NCBI GenBank assembly: GCA_016718875.1
Contig: JADKBL010000005.1
Location: 26,172-90,171, forward strand
DNA: 64,000 nt
Source of the DNA: Bacteroidota bacterium
GTDB taxonomy: Bacteria; Bacteroidota; Bacteroidia; Bacteroidales; VadinHA17
Direction: 5' to 3'
Under the pieces are notes generated by a model, which saw nothing but the letters and a program-made list of their open reading frames with translations, made no database searches and was not told the DNA's origin. Each line of letters begins with the position of its first letter. Position 1 is the first letter of the stretch. The translations under genes and the position numbers were made by a program. Shown here piece by piece: positions 41,053 through 49,767 of the stretch.

Positions 41053-44000
41053 TCATTGTTTCGCAGAGTAGAGTCTGCTGTAATAGTTGTTTAGTTCAGG
41101 TTCCAGCTTCGCACTCAGTTCTTCAAGCTTCAGCCGTACTGACATGTTATAAAGATCAAGAAGCGCTTGCATGTTTATACCAGTTGAATAATCAAGCCCG
41201 AATCGATCAACAGCCCTGAGTGTAAGAGTATAATCGAGGTACCCTTTTGAGTAATTCAGAATTTCATCTACAAGTAAGTCAGCCTCTTGCTTTCTGCCTG
41301 CCAGATATAACACTTCAGCAATGCCAATTGAGAAGAAATCATTCGGAAGCTTGTCTGCAGGCACAATTTCAAGGGCGCGATGAGCAACCGCCAGAGCTCT
41401 TGCGGTATCTCCCTTTGCAAGCAATTCATTGGAAAGAGATGCAAATACCCTTCTGAAGTTACTGAACATACGCCTGTTATTCTCATCAAGATATACATCC
41501 GGATCTTCTGCATTTCCCCATTTAAATCTGTTCATCAGGTTATTGTACATTTCCTCCGGGTCGATCATACCAAACTCTCCCTTCTCCCTGGTTTCCGTTT
41601 TTACAGGTACAACCCTGTAGGCTAGTCCTTCCTGAATGAAATATTTCTCCAGCCCTTTATACTGACTTGAAGGTACAGTTGTAGAATAATATACAGGACG
41701 TTCCCATTTATTTGTTGAAAGAAGGTCCATAATCGCAAGGTCTCCTTTGAATGCATCTGATTCTGTATATTCCCATACCATCGGAGAAACTATCCTGTCT
41801 TTATAATATGGTTTAACAGTTCCATTTGCGAGAACCTTTGCTGTATCGACATCTATCAGAAACTTACTGGCCGGAAGGTAATTCATAAAATCTCCTCTCC
41901 CGCTGTAATCTATCCTGTACTTATTATCATCCATGCCGGCAAACTGAACTACCTGACTGAGTTCAACCGGTTTCTCAACCCTGTTGTTCACAGGCAGCTG
42001 TTCTCTTTGACCTTCAGTGTATTTTTCAGGTCCAAGTGACAATGGCATGGGGTCTGAGCTAAAAGATTTCTGCCTCATCATCTCAATATACCATCCGGCC
42101 TGTATATAACTAAGGTTAGCGACCCTGACGTCTGGTCTCACCTGTTCAACATCCTGGACATACCATACAGGAAAGGAATCATTATCGCCATAGGTGAACA
42201 GAATGCTGTTTTGTGCTGTGGAGTTAAGATAATTAGCACCAATATCTCTTGCAGTATAGCGACCCGACCTGTCATGATCATCCCAGTTCTGAAATGCCAT
42301 AAGTACAGGGGCAGCAAGAAGAAGTACAGCAAACGTTACGGCAAGAGATCCTTTTTCATTAATATACCTCCGAAGCTGTTCGTAGAAAAACATATATCCC
42401 ATTCCGATCCAGATTGCAAATGCATAAAAAGAACCGGCATAGGCATAATCTCTTTCTCTGGGTTGGTTTGGATATTGATTGAGGTAAAAAATAATTGCAA
42501 GACCTGTCATAACAAAGAATGCCATCACCAGCCAGAAACCGGTATTATTCCTCTTATATTGCCAGAGCAATCCTCCGAGTCCTATAATTAAAGGAAGTAA
42601 GAAATATTTATTTTTTGCAGGATTTGATTCAAGGTCTGGTGGCAGTGACTTAAGGTTCCCAAGCCTTGCCTCATCAATAAATTTAATGCCGCTTATCCAG
42701 TTTCCATGTATCATATTCCCATCCCCCTGGATATCATTCTGCCTGCCGGCAAAATTCCACATAAAATAACGAAGATACATGAAACCGACCTGGTACCTGA
42801 AAAAATACCTGAGGTTTTCACCAAAAGTCGGGCAAACAACTGTTTCAGATCCAACAGTGTACTTTCTGCCCTTCACCTGTCCCCAGTATTCATAGGATTC
42901 CCGGTGATCAGCATCAGCACTGTACATCCTTGGAAATATGGTTACAAATTTTTCACTGTACTTATATTCAGGACGATAATATGGCTCATATTTCCCATTG
43001 ATTTTATTGTAACCGGCAATAACCTTTGTCATTCCCACTACAGGTGCACTGTAATAATTGCCGAAAAACTTGGGTGAACTTCCGTACTGCTTCATATTAA
43101 TATAATATGACAGGGAGAAAATATCTGATGGATTGTTCTGGTTCATTGGCGGACGGGCAGAAGATCTTATCATTATCATCGCATAAGATGAATATCCGAT
43201 CATCACAACAAGAACAGCCGTAAAAACATAGTTCAGAAATTTTCTGTTGCTTGTAAGCGAGTAATATATCCCATAAGACAATCCTCCAAAAAGCAGAAGA
43301 ATAAAAATAATAAGTCCGCTGTTATATGGTAATCCAATACTGTTTACAAAAAAGAGTTCAAACCATCCGGCCGCCTCAGGAACTCCCGGAATCAGTACAA
43401 ATACCATTAACCATAAAAGTAGGACTGACGAAATCAGTGTCTTGAAAATACCCATTGCCGTTACCTCATATTTCCTGAAATAGTAAACAAAAACCAGTAC
43501 AGGTAATACAAGGAGATTCAGGCGGTGGATTCCAAGGCCCAGACCCATTATATAAGCAATTAATATGATCCATCTTCCTGCATTCGGCTGGTCAGCCTCC
43601 TCTTCCCATTTTAGCATTGCCCAGAATACCAGTCCGGTAACAAGTGAGGAAAGAGCATATAATTCGCCTTCTACAGCTGAAAACCAGAACGTATCTGAAA
43701 ATGTATATGCAAGGGCTCCTATAATACCACTTCCAATAATTGCAGGTATTTGCTTTGGTTCAAGATTATTATCAATTGTATACACCCTTCGGACAAGGTG
43801 AGTTATTGTCCAGAAAAGGAACAGAATTGCAAAACCACTGCATAGAGCCGACAGTCCGTTCATCATAAGGGCAACTTTCGATGTATCCCCAAAAGCGAAA
43901 AGAGTGGCGACTCTGCCGATCATAAGAAACAACGGGGCTCCGGGAGGATGTCCTACCTGAAGCTTAAATGCAGACAATATGAATTCTCCGCAATCCCAGA

Positions 44001-44109
44001 AACTAACCGTAGGTTCCAGGGTAAGCAGATAAACCGAAAATGAGATAACAAAGAGAATCCATCCGGTTATATTGTTCAGGCGGCGATAATTGCCCCAAAT
44101 TGAATCCAT
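41053..44109 (-). CDS. DUF2723/TMEM260-like large membrane protein (glycosyltransferase-C-fold-like) with a TPR-like C-terminus
   Basis: LTLEPTVSFWDCGEFILSAFKLQVGHPPGAPLF signature, more than 10 TM helices, and a helical repeat tail. Confidence 0.75.
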   Translation of the reverse strand: MDSIWGNYRRLNNITGWILFVISFSVYLLTLEPTVSFWDCGEFILSAFKLQVGHPPGAPLFLMIGRVATLFAFGDTSKVALMMNGLSALCSGFAILFLFWTITHLVRRVYTIDNNLEPKQIPAIIGSGIIGALAYTFSDTFWFSAVEGELYALSSLVTGLVFWAMLKWEEEADQPNAGRWIILIAYIMGLGLGIHRLNLLVLPVLVFVYYFRKYEVTAMGIFKTLISSVLLLWLMVFVLIPGVPEAAGWFELFFVNSIGLPYNSGLIIFILLLFGGLSYGIYYSLTSNRKFLNYVFTAVLVVMIGYSSYAMIMIRSSARPPMNQNNPSDIFSLSYYINMKQYGSSPKFFGNYYSAPVVGMTKVIAGYNKINGKYEPYYRPEYKYSEKFVTIFPRMYSADADHRESYEYWGQVKGRKYTVGSETVVCPTFGENLRYFFRYQVGFMYLRYFMWNFAGRQNDIQGDGNMIHGNWISGIKFIDEARLGNLKSLPPDLESNPAKNKYFLLPLIIGLGGLLWQYKRNNTGFWLVMAFFVMTGLAIIFYLNQYPNQPRERDYAYAGSFYAFAIWIGMGYMFFYEQLRRYINEKGSLAVTFAVLLLAAPVLMAFQNWDDHDRSGRYTARDIGANYLNSTAQNSILFTYGDNDSFPVWYVQDVEQVRPDVRVANLSYIQAGWYIEMMRQKSFSSDPMPLSLGPEKYTEGQREQLPVNNRVEKPVELSQVVQFAGMDDNKYRIDYSGRGDFMNYLPASKFLIDVDTAKVLANGTVKPYYKDRIVSPMVWEYTESDAFKGDLAIMDLLSTNKWERPVYYSTTVPSSQYKGLEKYFIQEGLAYRVVPVKTETREKGEFGMIDPEEMYNNLMNRFKWGNAEDPDVYLDENNRRMFSNFRRVFASLSNELLAKGDTARALAVAHRALEIVPADKLPNDFFSIGIAEVLYLAGRKQEADLLVDEILNYSKGYLDYTLTLRAVDRFGLDYSTGINMQALLDLYNMSVRLKLEELSAKLEPELNNYYSRLYSAKQ

Positions 44110-44233
44110 AGATAATATATTAATGAAATTATGAGCAGCAAAGAACGCAAAAAAAAATTATCCGGCCATTAAAACAATTCTATTTAACAACATTTTAACC
44201 AAGGTTAATGCCTTCCGGCAGATTTTAAATGAT

Positions 44234-44749
44234 TTATAAAAAATATCTCCATGGTACTGATTTCCAATATTCTCCGGCATAATCAATTCCTATCCTTGGA
44301 CCAGTCTTATAAGGAGGTTTTATTCCAGTATCTTCCAGCCATATCCTTTCAGAAGTAACCAGATCTTCGCCATAAAAGGATCTGTCGATCCCAAGAATTT
44401 TTGTAAGCTTTCCAGGACCGGAGATCCCACCAATTCCTCTGATTAATGCTGCCTGGGGTTCTTCGTTAGTTCCTGTTACTATATTAAGCATCCAGTACAT
44501 CCCATATATTAAATATATATACAGGAGGCCTCCATTACCGAACATAACTGAAGTTCTCGAAGTTTTACCTTTTGATGCATGGCATGCCTTATCTTCAGTC
44601 CCCCGATAAGCTTCCACTTCTGTCAGGGTATATCTGAAATAGCTGCCGTCTTTATATTTTAAGACAAGATTCTTTCCAATAAGATCAGGGGCTACATCAA
44701 GAACATCACGTAAATAAAAATCGCGTGGAATTCGAATTCCAGGTACCAT
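44234..44749 (-). CDS. mpg: DNA-3-methyladenine (alkylpurine/hypoxanthine) glycosylase, AAG/Mpg family
   Basis: FYLRDVLDVAPDLIGKNLV, EVEAYRG, DKACHASKGKTSRT, and LYIYLIYGMYWMLNIV. Start chosen at MVPGIRIP, 4 nt after the guaD stop. Confidence 0.85.
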   Translation of the reverse strand: MVPGIRIPRDFYLRDVLDVAPDLIGKNLVLKYKDGSYFRYTLTEVEAYRGTEDKACHASKGKTSRTSVMFGNGGLLYIYLIYGMYWMLNIVTGTNEEPQAALIRGIGGISGPGKLTKILGIDRSFYGEDLVTSERIWLEDTGIKPPYKTGPRIGIDYAGEYWKSVPWRYFL

Positions 44750-44753
44750 CAAA

Positions 44754-45245
44754 TCAGTAGGTGATCCTGTTTTCATGCTTTTCCCAAATTTTGAAAACTT
44801 CCTCTCCTCCGGTATTTTCAATCCTGACAAAACTTATATGCCTGTCTGAAGGACTAAGAATTATCTCGTCGTAAATATATCTGTCACTGAAACCAGCAAG
44901 TTCCGCATCATGCCTGTCGCTGGCATAAACTACTTTACCAATACCAGCCCAGTATATTGCACCCAGGCACATAGGACAAGGTTCACATGAACAATAAAGA
45001 GTGCAATTCTTCAGGTCATGTGATTTGAGAAGAGATGCTGCTTCTCTTATTGCCTGAACTTCTGCGTGTGCTGTCGGATCTGAATTTGCCACAACCCGGT
45101 TTACCGCTTCAGCCAAAATCTGTCCCTTAACGGCTATTACTGCTCCGAATGGTCCTCCCCCGTTTGCAATTCCATCTTCTGCCAGTTTTATAGCACGTAT
45201 TAGTAATGATCTGTCGTCTTCCATCTTTTCAGAGATTTCCTTCAA
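44754..45245 (-). CDS. guaD: Guanine deaminase (CDA-fold, GuaD type)
   Basis: GGPFGAVI, DPTAHAEVQAIREA, CEPCPMCLGAIYWA and GFSDRYIYDEI are collinear with Bacillus-type GuaD. Confidence 0.8.
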   Translation of the reverse strand: MKEISEKMEDDRSLLIRAIKLAEDGIANGGGPFGAVIAVKGQILAEAVNRVVANSDPTAHAEVQAIREAASLLKSHDLKNCTLYCSCEPCPMCLGAIYWAGIGKVVYASDRHDAELAGFSDRYIYDEIILSPSDRHISFVRIENTGGEEVFKIWEKHENRITY

Positions 45246-45326
45246 TTTGAGACTATAAAATTAAGCTTGTTTTGATTAACTGGAATAAATTCTGGTCAAT
45301 ATTCTTTTTTTTTATGAAATATGTTG

Positions 45327-45334
45327 TATTTTTG
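45327..45334 (+). promoter_or_regulatory. Candidate -7 promoter box TATTTTTG upstream of rplM-rpsI
   Basis: Matches TAnnTTTG, 66 nt upstream of the rplM start. Confidence 0.3.
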
Positions 45335-45399
45335 CAGTCCCGAAATTAAAAGGGTTTATTGGATTAACAGAAAGAATATCAATTAAAAAATAAGTACAA

Positions 45400-45843
45400 G
45401 TGAACACCTTAAGCTACAAAACAGTATCAGCGAATAAGGCTACTGTAAACAAGGAGTGGGTCATTATTGATGCTGAAGGCAAGATTCTCGGAAGGCTTGC
45501 ATCAGTTGTTGCATCAATGCTGAGAGGCAAACACAAAACCAACTTCACCCCGCATGTTGACTGCGGTGACAATGTAATTGTTATCAATGCTGAGAAAGTT
45601 GCCCTTTCAGGAGAAAAAATGACTGATAAGGATTATATAAGGCATACCGGTTACCCTGGCGGACAGAGATTTGTCAAGGCAGACCAGATGCTGAAGAAGA
45701 ATCCAATCTCACTGGTTGAGATTGCTGTGAAAGGAATGCTTCCCAAGAACAGACTTGGAAGTGCTCTTTACAGAAACCTGCACGTTTATGCGGGAAGCGA
45801 GCATCCTCATGAGGCACAGAAACCAAAGAAAATTGAACTTTAA
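45400..45843 (+). CDS. rplM: 50S ribosomal protein L13 (GTG start)
   Basis: NTLSYKTVSANKATVNKEWVIIDAEGKILGRLAS. Confidence 0.95.
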   Translation: MNTLSYKTVSANKATVNKEWVIIDAEGKILGRLASVVASMLRGKHKTNFTPHVDCGDNVIVINAEKVALSGEKMTDKDYIRHTGYPGGQRFVKADQMLKKNPISLVEIAVKGMLPKNRLGSALYRNLHVYAGSEHPHEAQKPKKIEL

Positions 45844-45861
45844 ATTTTTTAAGAAAGAAAT

Positions 45862-46248
45862 ATGGAATCAATCAATGCTCTTGGAAGAAGGAAAGCAGCT
45901 GTAGCTAGGGTATATGTCAGTGATGGCAAGGGAAAGATAACTGTTAACGGCAGGGACTATAAGGAATATTTTGGTGCTGAGACACTTCAGTATGTTGTAA
46001 CCCAGCCTCTGATGGTTCTCAATGTTGCAGACAAATATGATATCAACGTCAATCTCGATGGTGGTGGTGTAAAGGGTCAGGCTGAAGCTCTCCGTCTTGG
46101 AATTACAAGGGCTCTTATTCAGATGGATCCTGAGGTAAAAACAAAACTCAAAGCAGAAGGTTTTGTTACACGCGATCCCCGTGAAGTGGAAAGAAAAAAA
46201 CCAGGCCAGCCAAAAGCCCGTAAGAGATTCCAGTTCAGTAAACGTTAG
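45862..46248 (+). CDS. rpsI: 30S ribosomal protein S9
   Basis: GRRKAAVARVYV.. and the C-terminal KARKRFQFSKR. Confidence 0.95.
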   Translation: MESINALGRRKAAVARVYVSDGKGKITVNGRDYKEYFGAETLQYVVTQPLMVLNVADKYDINVNLDGGGVKGQAEALRLGITRALIQMDPEVKTKLKAEGFVTRDPREVERKKPGQPKARKRFQFSKR

Positions 46249-46367
46249 GATTTAAAGTCAGTCGATTATAGATGCGAGTTTAGTATCTAAATTGCAAAGA
46301 CTTCCGCCGGTTGGCGGAGCTACTTTGTGATTGATTTTCAAAGAATGTAAACTTAAAAAAAGACAAA

Positions 46368-47255
46368 ATGCCAAGAACAAATTTCAAAGAATTACTTGAT
46401 GCCGGTGTACACTTCGGCCATCTGAAAAGAAAGTGGAACCCAGCTATGGCTCCTTATATTTTTATGGAGCGCAACGGGATACACATTATTGATCTCGAAA
46501 AAACTGTTGAGAAGATTGATGAGGCAGCTTCAGCTATGAAGCATATAGCCAAATCAGGGAAAAAAGTTCTCTTTGTTGCTACTAAGAAACAGGCAAAGGA
46601 AATAGTTGCAGAGAAGGTTAAAGCAGTTAACATGCCTTACGTTACAGAGCGCTGGCCCGGTGGTATGCTTACCAATTTCCCAACTATCCGTAAAGCAGTA
46701 AAGAAAATGTCATCGATTGACAAGATGGCAACAGATGGTACTTTCATGAATCTTTCAAAACGTGAAAGACTTCAGGTAACAAGGCAGAGAGCAAAGCTTG
46801 AGAAAACTCTCGGCAGCATTGTTGATCTTACCAGACTTCCTTCAGCTTTATTTATAGTTGATGTTTGCAAAGAGCAGATTGCTGTTAAAGAAGCAAAAAG
46901 ACTTGGCATCCCGGTATTTGCAATGGTTGACACCAACTCTGATCCTTCAGATATTGAGTTCCCGATACCTGCTAATGACGACGCTTCAAAATCTATATCT
47001 CTTATAATTGGCATCCTCTGCCAGGCTATAGATGAAGGTCTTAATGAAAGAAAAATCGAAAAAGATAAAGAGCCTCAGCTGAAAGATAAAAAAGTGATGA
47101 GGAAAGAACTTGAGACAAAAGATATTCCTGCTGCAATAATTGAAGCTATTGTTGAAGAGGAAGAGGAGATTGAAGAGGAAGAAGAGGATGTAATCATTGA
47201 GGATGAGGAAATAGCCGGAATCATTGATGAGACTGAAGAAGAGGAAGAAGAATAA
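46368..47255 (+). CDS. rpsB: 30S ribosomal protein S2 with a long acidic C-terminal tail
   Basis: LLDAGVHFGHLKRKWNPAMAPYIF and ERWPGGMLTNF. The tail is EEEEEIEEEEEDVIIEDEE..TEEEEEE. Confidence 0.95.
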   Translation: MPRTNFKELLDAGVHFGHLKRKWNPAMAPYIFMERNGIHIIDLEKTVEKIDEAASAMKHIAKSGKKVLFVATKKQAKEIVAEKVKAVNMPYVTERWPGGMLTNFPTIRKAVKKMSSIDKMATDGTFMNLSKRERLQVTRQRAKLEKTLGSIVDLTRLPSALFIVDVCKEQIAVKEAKRLGIPVFAMVDTNSDPSDIEFPIPANDDASKSISLIIGILCQAIDEGLNERKIEKDKEPQLKDKKVMRKELETKDIPAAIIEAIVEEEEEIEEEEEDVIIEDEEIAGIIDETEEEEEE

Positions 47256-47293
47256 TTAACTATTGTTTATTACAAATAAAAAGATATTATACC

Positions 47294-48127
47294 ATGGCTG
47301 TTGTTATTAACGCTGCTGATGTTGCCAAGTTAAGGAGAGTTACTCTTGCAGGAATGATGGACTGTAAAAAAGCTCTTGAAGAATCTGAAGGCAATTTTGA
47401 CAAGGCGATTGAAATAATCCGTAAAAAAGGTCAGGCTGTTGCCAATAAGCGTGCTGATAAGGAAGCTACTGAAGGAGTGGTTCTTTCAAAAGTAACCCCT
47501 GACGGTAAGACTGGAGCAATGATTGTTCTAAACAGTGAGACTGATTTTGTTGCAAAGAATGCTGATTTTATCGGTCTGGCAACCAAAGTACTCGATGTTG
47601 CTATCGCTAATAAGCCTGCCAACCTTGATGCTCTTAAAGCATTACCTCTTGAAGGTGGTAAGGTTGGTGAAAAAGTTATCGAATATGTTGGAATTATCGG
47701 CGAGAAACTTGAACTCTCTTACTATGAAAAGATAGAAGCTGAACATGTTCAGGCATATATACATCCGGGCAACAGGCTTGCAACCCTAGTTGGCTTCACA
47801 AAAGCAGGAGCTGACGTCCAGGTATATAAAGATATAGCGATGCAGGTGGCTGCTATGAATCCTGTTGCACTTGACAAAGATTCAGTTCCTGAGAAAGTTA
47901 TTGCTCAGGAGATTGAAATAGGTAAGGAACAGGCCCGTCGTGACGGAAAACCAGAAGAGATGCTTGAAAAAATTGCTCAGGGCAAGCTTACTAAATTCTT
48001 TAAGGAAAGTACACTGCTCAATCAGGATTTTGTTAAGGATAACAAAATGACTATCAAGCATTATCTTCAGTCAATAAATAAAGATCTTACAGTTACTGAT
48101 TTTAAAAGGTTTACCCTTAACCTTTAA
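47294..48127 (+). CDS. tsf: Elongation factor Ts
   Basis: LRRVTLAGMMDCKKALEESEGNFDKAIEIIRKKG (UBA-like N-domain), and ETDFVAKN. Confidence 0.95.
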   Translation: MAVVINAADVAKLRRVTLAGMMDCKKALEESEGNFDKAIEIIRKKGQAVANKRADKEATEGVVLSKVTPDGKTGAMIVLNSETDFVAKNADFIGLATKVLDVAIANKPANLDALKALPLEGGKVGEKVIEYVGIIGEKLELSYYEKIEAEHVQAYIHPGNRLATLVGFTKAGADVQVYKDIAMQVAAMNPVALDKDSVPEKVIAQEIEIGKEQARRDGKPEEMLEKIAQGKLTKFFKESTLLNQDFVKDNKMTIKHYLQSINKDLTVTDFKRFTLNL

Positions 48128-48153
48128 AAAATGTTCATATTTCAATATTTTCT

Positions 48154-48184
48154 AAGTGGCGTCTCCGGGCGCCACTTTTTTTTA
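48154..48184 (+). terminator. Rho-independent terminator of tsf
   Basis: agtggcg..cgccact stem followed by a T9 run. Confidence 0.75.
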
Positions 48185-48191
48185 TTAAAAA

Positions 48192-48292
48192 CTCACCCCC
48201 AACCCCCTCTCTGCTTCGCAAAGAGGGGGCTTAAACCATTTATTGTGATATTATACCCCCTCTTTATGCAATAGAGAGGGGGCAGGGGGTGA
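48192..48292. repeat. ~100-bp GC-rich element with 21-nt imperfect terminal inverted repeats and two internal hairpins
   Basis: ctcacccccaaccccctctct (48192-48212) matches the reverse complement of agagagggggcagggggtgag (48272-48292) at 19/21. The internal stems are ccccctct/agaggggg, twice. Confidence 0.7.
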
Positions 48293-48353
48293 GTTCGTGT
48301 GATATAGCGAAATTTCTATATTATTCTATCTTTACTTAAAATAAGGCTTAAAA

Positions 48354-49061
48354 ATGAAATACAAAAGAATACTATTAAAACTTAGCGGTGAATCGCTGGC
48401 AGGAAAAGGAAACCATGGGATAAGTGATGATATGCTTGAGGAATATGCGAATCAGGTAATTGAGATCTCAAAAATGGGATGTGAAGTAGGTATAGTTATC
48501 GGAGGTGGAAATATTTTCAGGGGTCTTCGCGGAACAGAATCAGGGTTTGACAGGGTTAAAGGCGATCAGATGGGTATGCTGGCAACAGTAATAAACAGTA
48601 TTGCTCTCGAAAGTGTTATAACACGACTTGGAGGGAAGGCAAGGGTCTTCACTTCAATAAGGATGGAACCCATAGGTGAATTATATAACAGGGACAAAGT
48701 TCTGGAATCCATGAAACAGGGTGTTGTCTGTATACTTTCAGGCGGAACCGGCAATCCATTCTTTACCACCGACTCTGCATCGGCACTCAGGGCAGTGGAG
48801 ATCGGTGCTGATCTTCTTTTAAAGGGGACCAGGGTTGACGGAGTATACACAGCTGATCCTGAAAAAGATCCGAACGCTAAAAAATATGACAGTATATCAT
48901 TCTCTGAAGTACTTGAAAAGAGGCTGAAAATAATGGATTCAACAGCTTTTTCAATGTGCTGGGATAATAACATGCCTATAATTGTCTTCGATATGAATAA
49001 ACCCGGAAACCTTAAGAAGATAATAGAGGGGACTAAAATTGGCACCTATGTCGGCAACTAA
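48354..49061 (+). CDS. pyrH: UMP kinase
   Basis: YKRILLKLSGESLAG, GGGNIFRG and GTGNPFFTTDSAS. Confidence 0.95.
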   Translation: MKYKRILLKLSGESLAGKGNHGISDDMLEEYANQVIEISKMGCEVGIVIGGGNIFRGLRGTESGFDRVKGDQMGMLATVINSIALESVITRLGGKARVFTSIRMEPIGELYNRDKVLESMKQGVVCILSGGTGNPFFTTDSASALRAVEIGADLLLKGTRVDGVYTADPEKDPNAKKYDSISFSEVLEKRLKIMDSTAFSMCWDNNMPIIVFDMNKPGNLKKIIEGTKIGTYVGN

Positions 49062-49163
49062 AAAGGTTATTGCTATTCCGGCTATTTTATTAAATTTGTT
49101 TGCCTGTTAGCATTTCAGGTACAATTAAAAGGCATTCTAAGTTTATTATCTAATTAACCGAAT

Positions 49164-49727
49164 ATGAACGAAGAAATTGAACTCGTAATAGAAGAGACTG
49201 AAGACAGGATGAAAAAAGCGCTGGAACACCTTGAGCATGAGCTTGCAAGGCTTCGCGCAGGAAGATCTAATCCAGCCTTGCTCGATGGTATAGCAGTAGA
49301 CTATTACGGTGTCCACTCACCGCTTACACAGGTAGCTAACATCAATACGCCTGATGCCAAAACAATTATGATACAGCCATGGGAAAAAACCATGCTTGGC
49401 ACAATTGAAAAGGCTATTATGGCAGCCAATATAGGACTTACACCAGTAAATAATGGGGAAGTCATCAGGATTAACATTCCCCCACTCACAGAGGAAAGAA
49501 GACATCAGCTTGTAAAACAGGTAAGAAATGAGGGGGAAACAGCCAAAATAAGTGTCAGAAATGCCAGAAAGTGGGCAAATGATGAACTGAAGAGACTGCT
49601 CAAGGAAGGTCTTCCAGAGGATCTTGAAAAAGATGCAGTTGAAAAGGTACAGGAAATGACAAACTCTTACAATACCAAAATCGATAAGGTGATGGCATTG
49701 AAAGAGAAGGATGTAATGACCGTCTGA
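49164..49727 (+). CDS. frr: Ribosome recycling factor
   Basis: LRAGRSNPALLDGIAVDYYG and LTEERRHQLVKQVR. Confidence 0.95.
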   Translation: MNEEIELVIEETEDRMKKALEHLEHELARLRAGRSNPALLDGIAVDYYGVHSPLTQVANINTPDAKTIMIQPWEKTMLGTIEKAIMAANIGLTPVNNGEVIRINIPPLTEERRHQLVKQVRNEGETAKISVRNARKWANDELKRLLKEGLPEDLEKDAVEKVQEMTNSYNTKIDKVMALKEKDVMTV

Positions 49728-49763
49728 CCTCACCCTAAATCCCTCTCCCAAGGGAGAGGGACT
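49728..49763. repeat. GC-rich palindromic element, same family as 15374 and 48192
   Basis: cctcaccctaaatccctctcccaagggagagggact. The 9-bp stem is ccctctccc/gggagaggg. It lies between convergent frr and the acylase gene. Confidence 0.6.
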
Positions 49764-49767
49764 TATT

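Noticed and set aside
46303-46322. Hairpin tccgcc-ggtt-ggcgga between rpsI and rpsB as a terminator or S2 leader structure
   Set aside because: The stem is only 6 bp with no adjacent T-run. I cannot distinguish it from chance.
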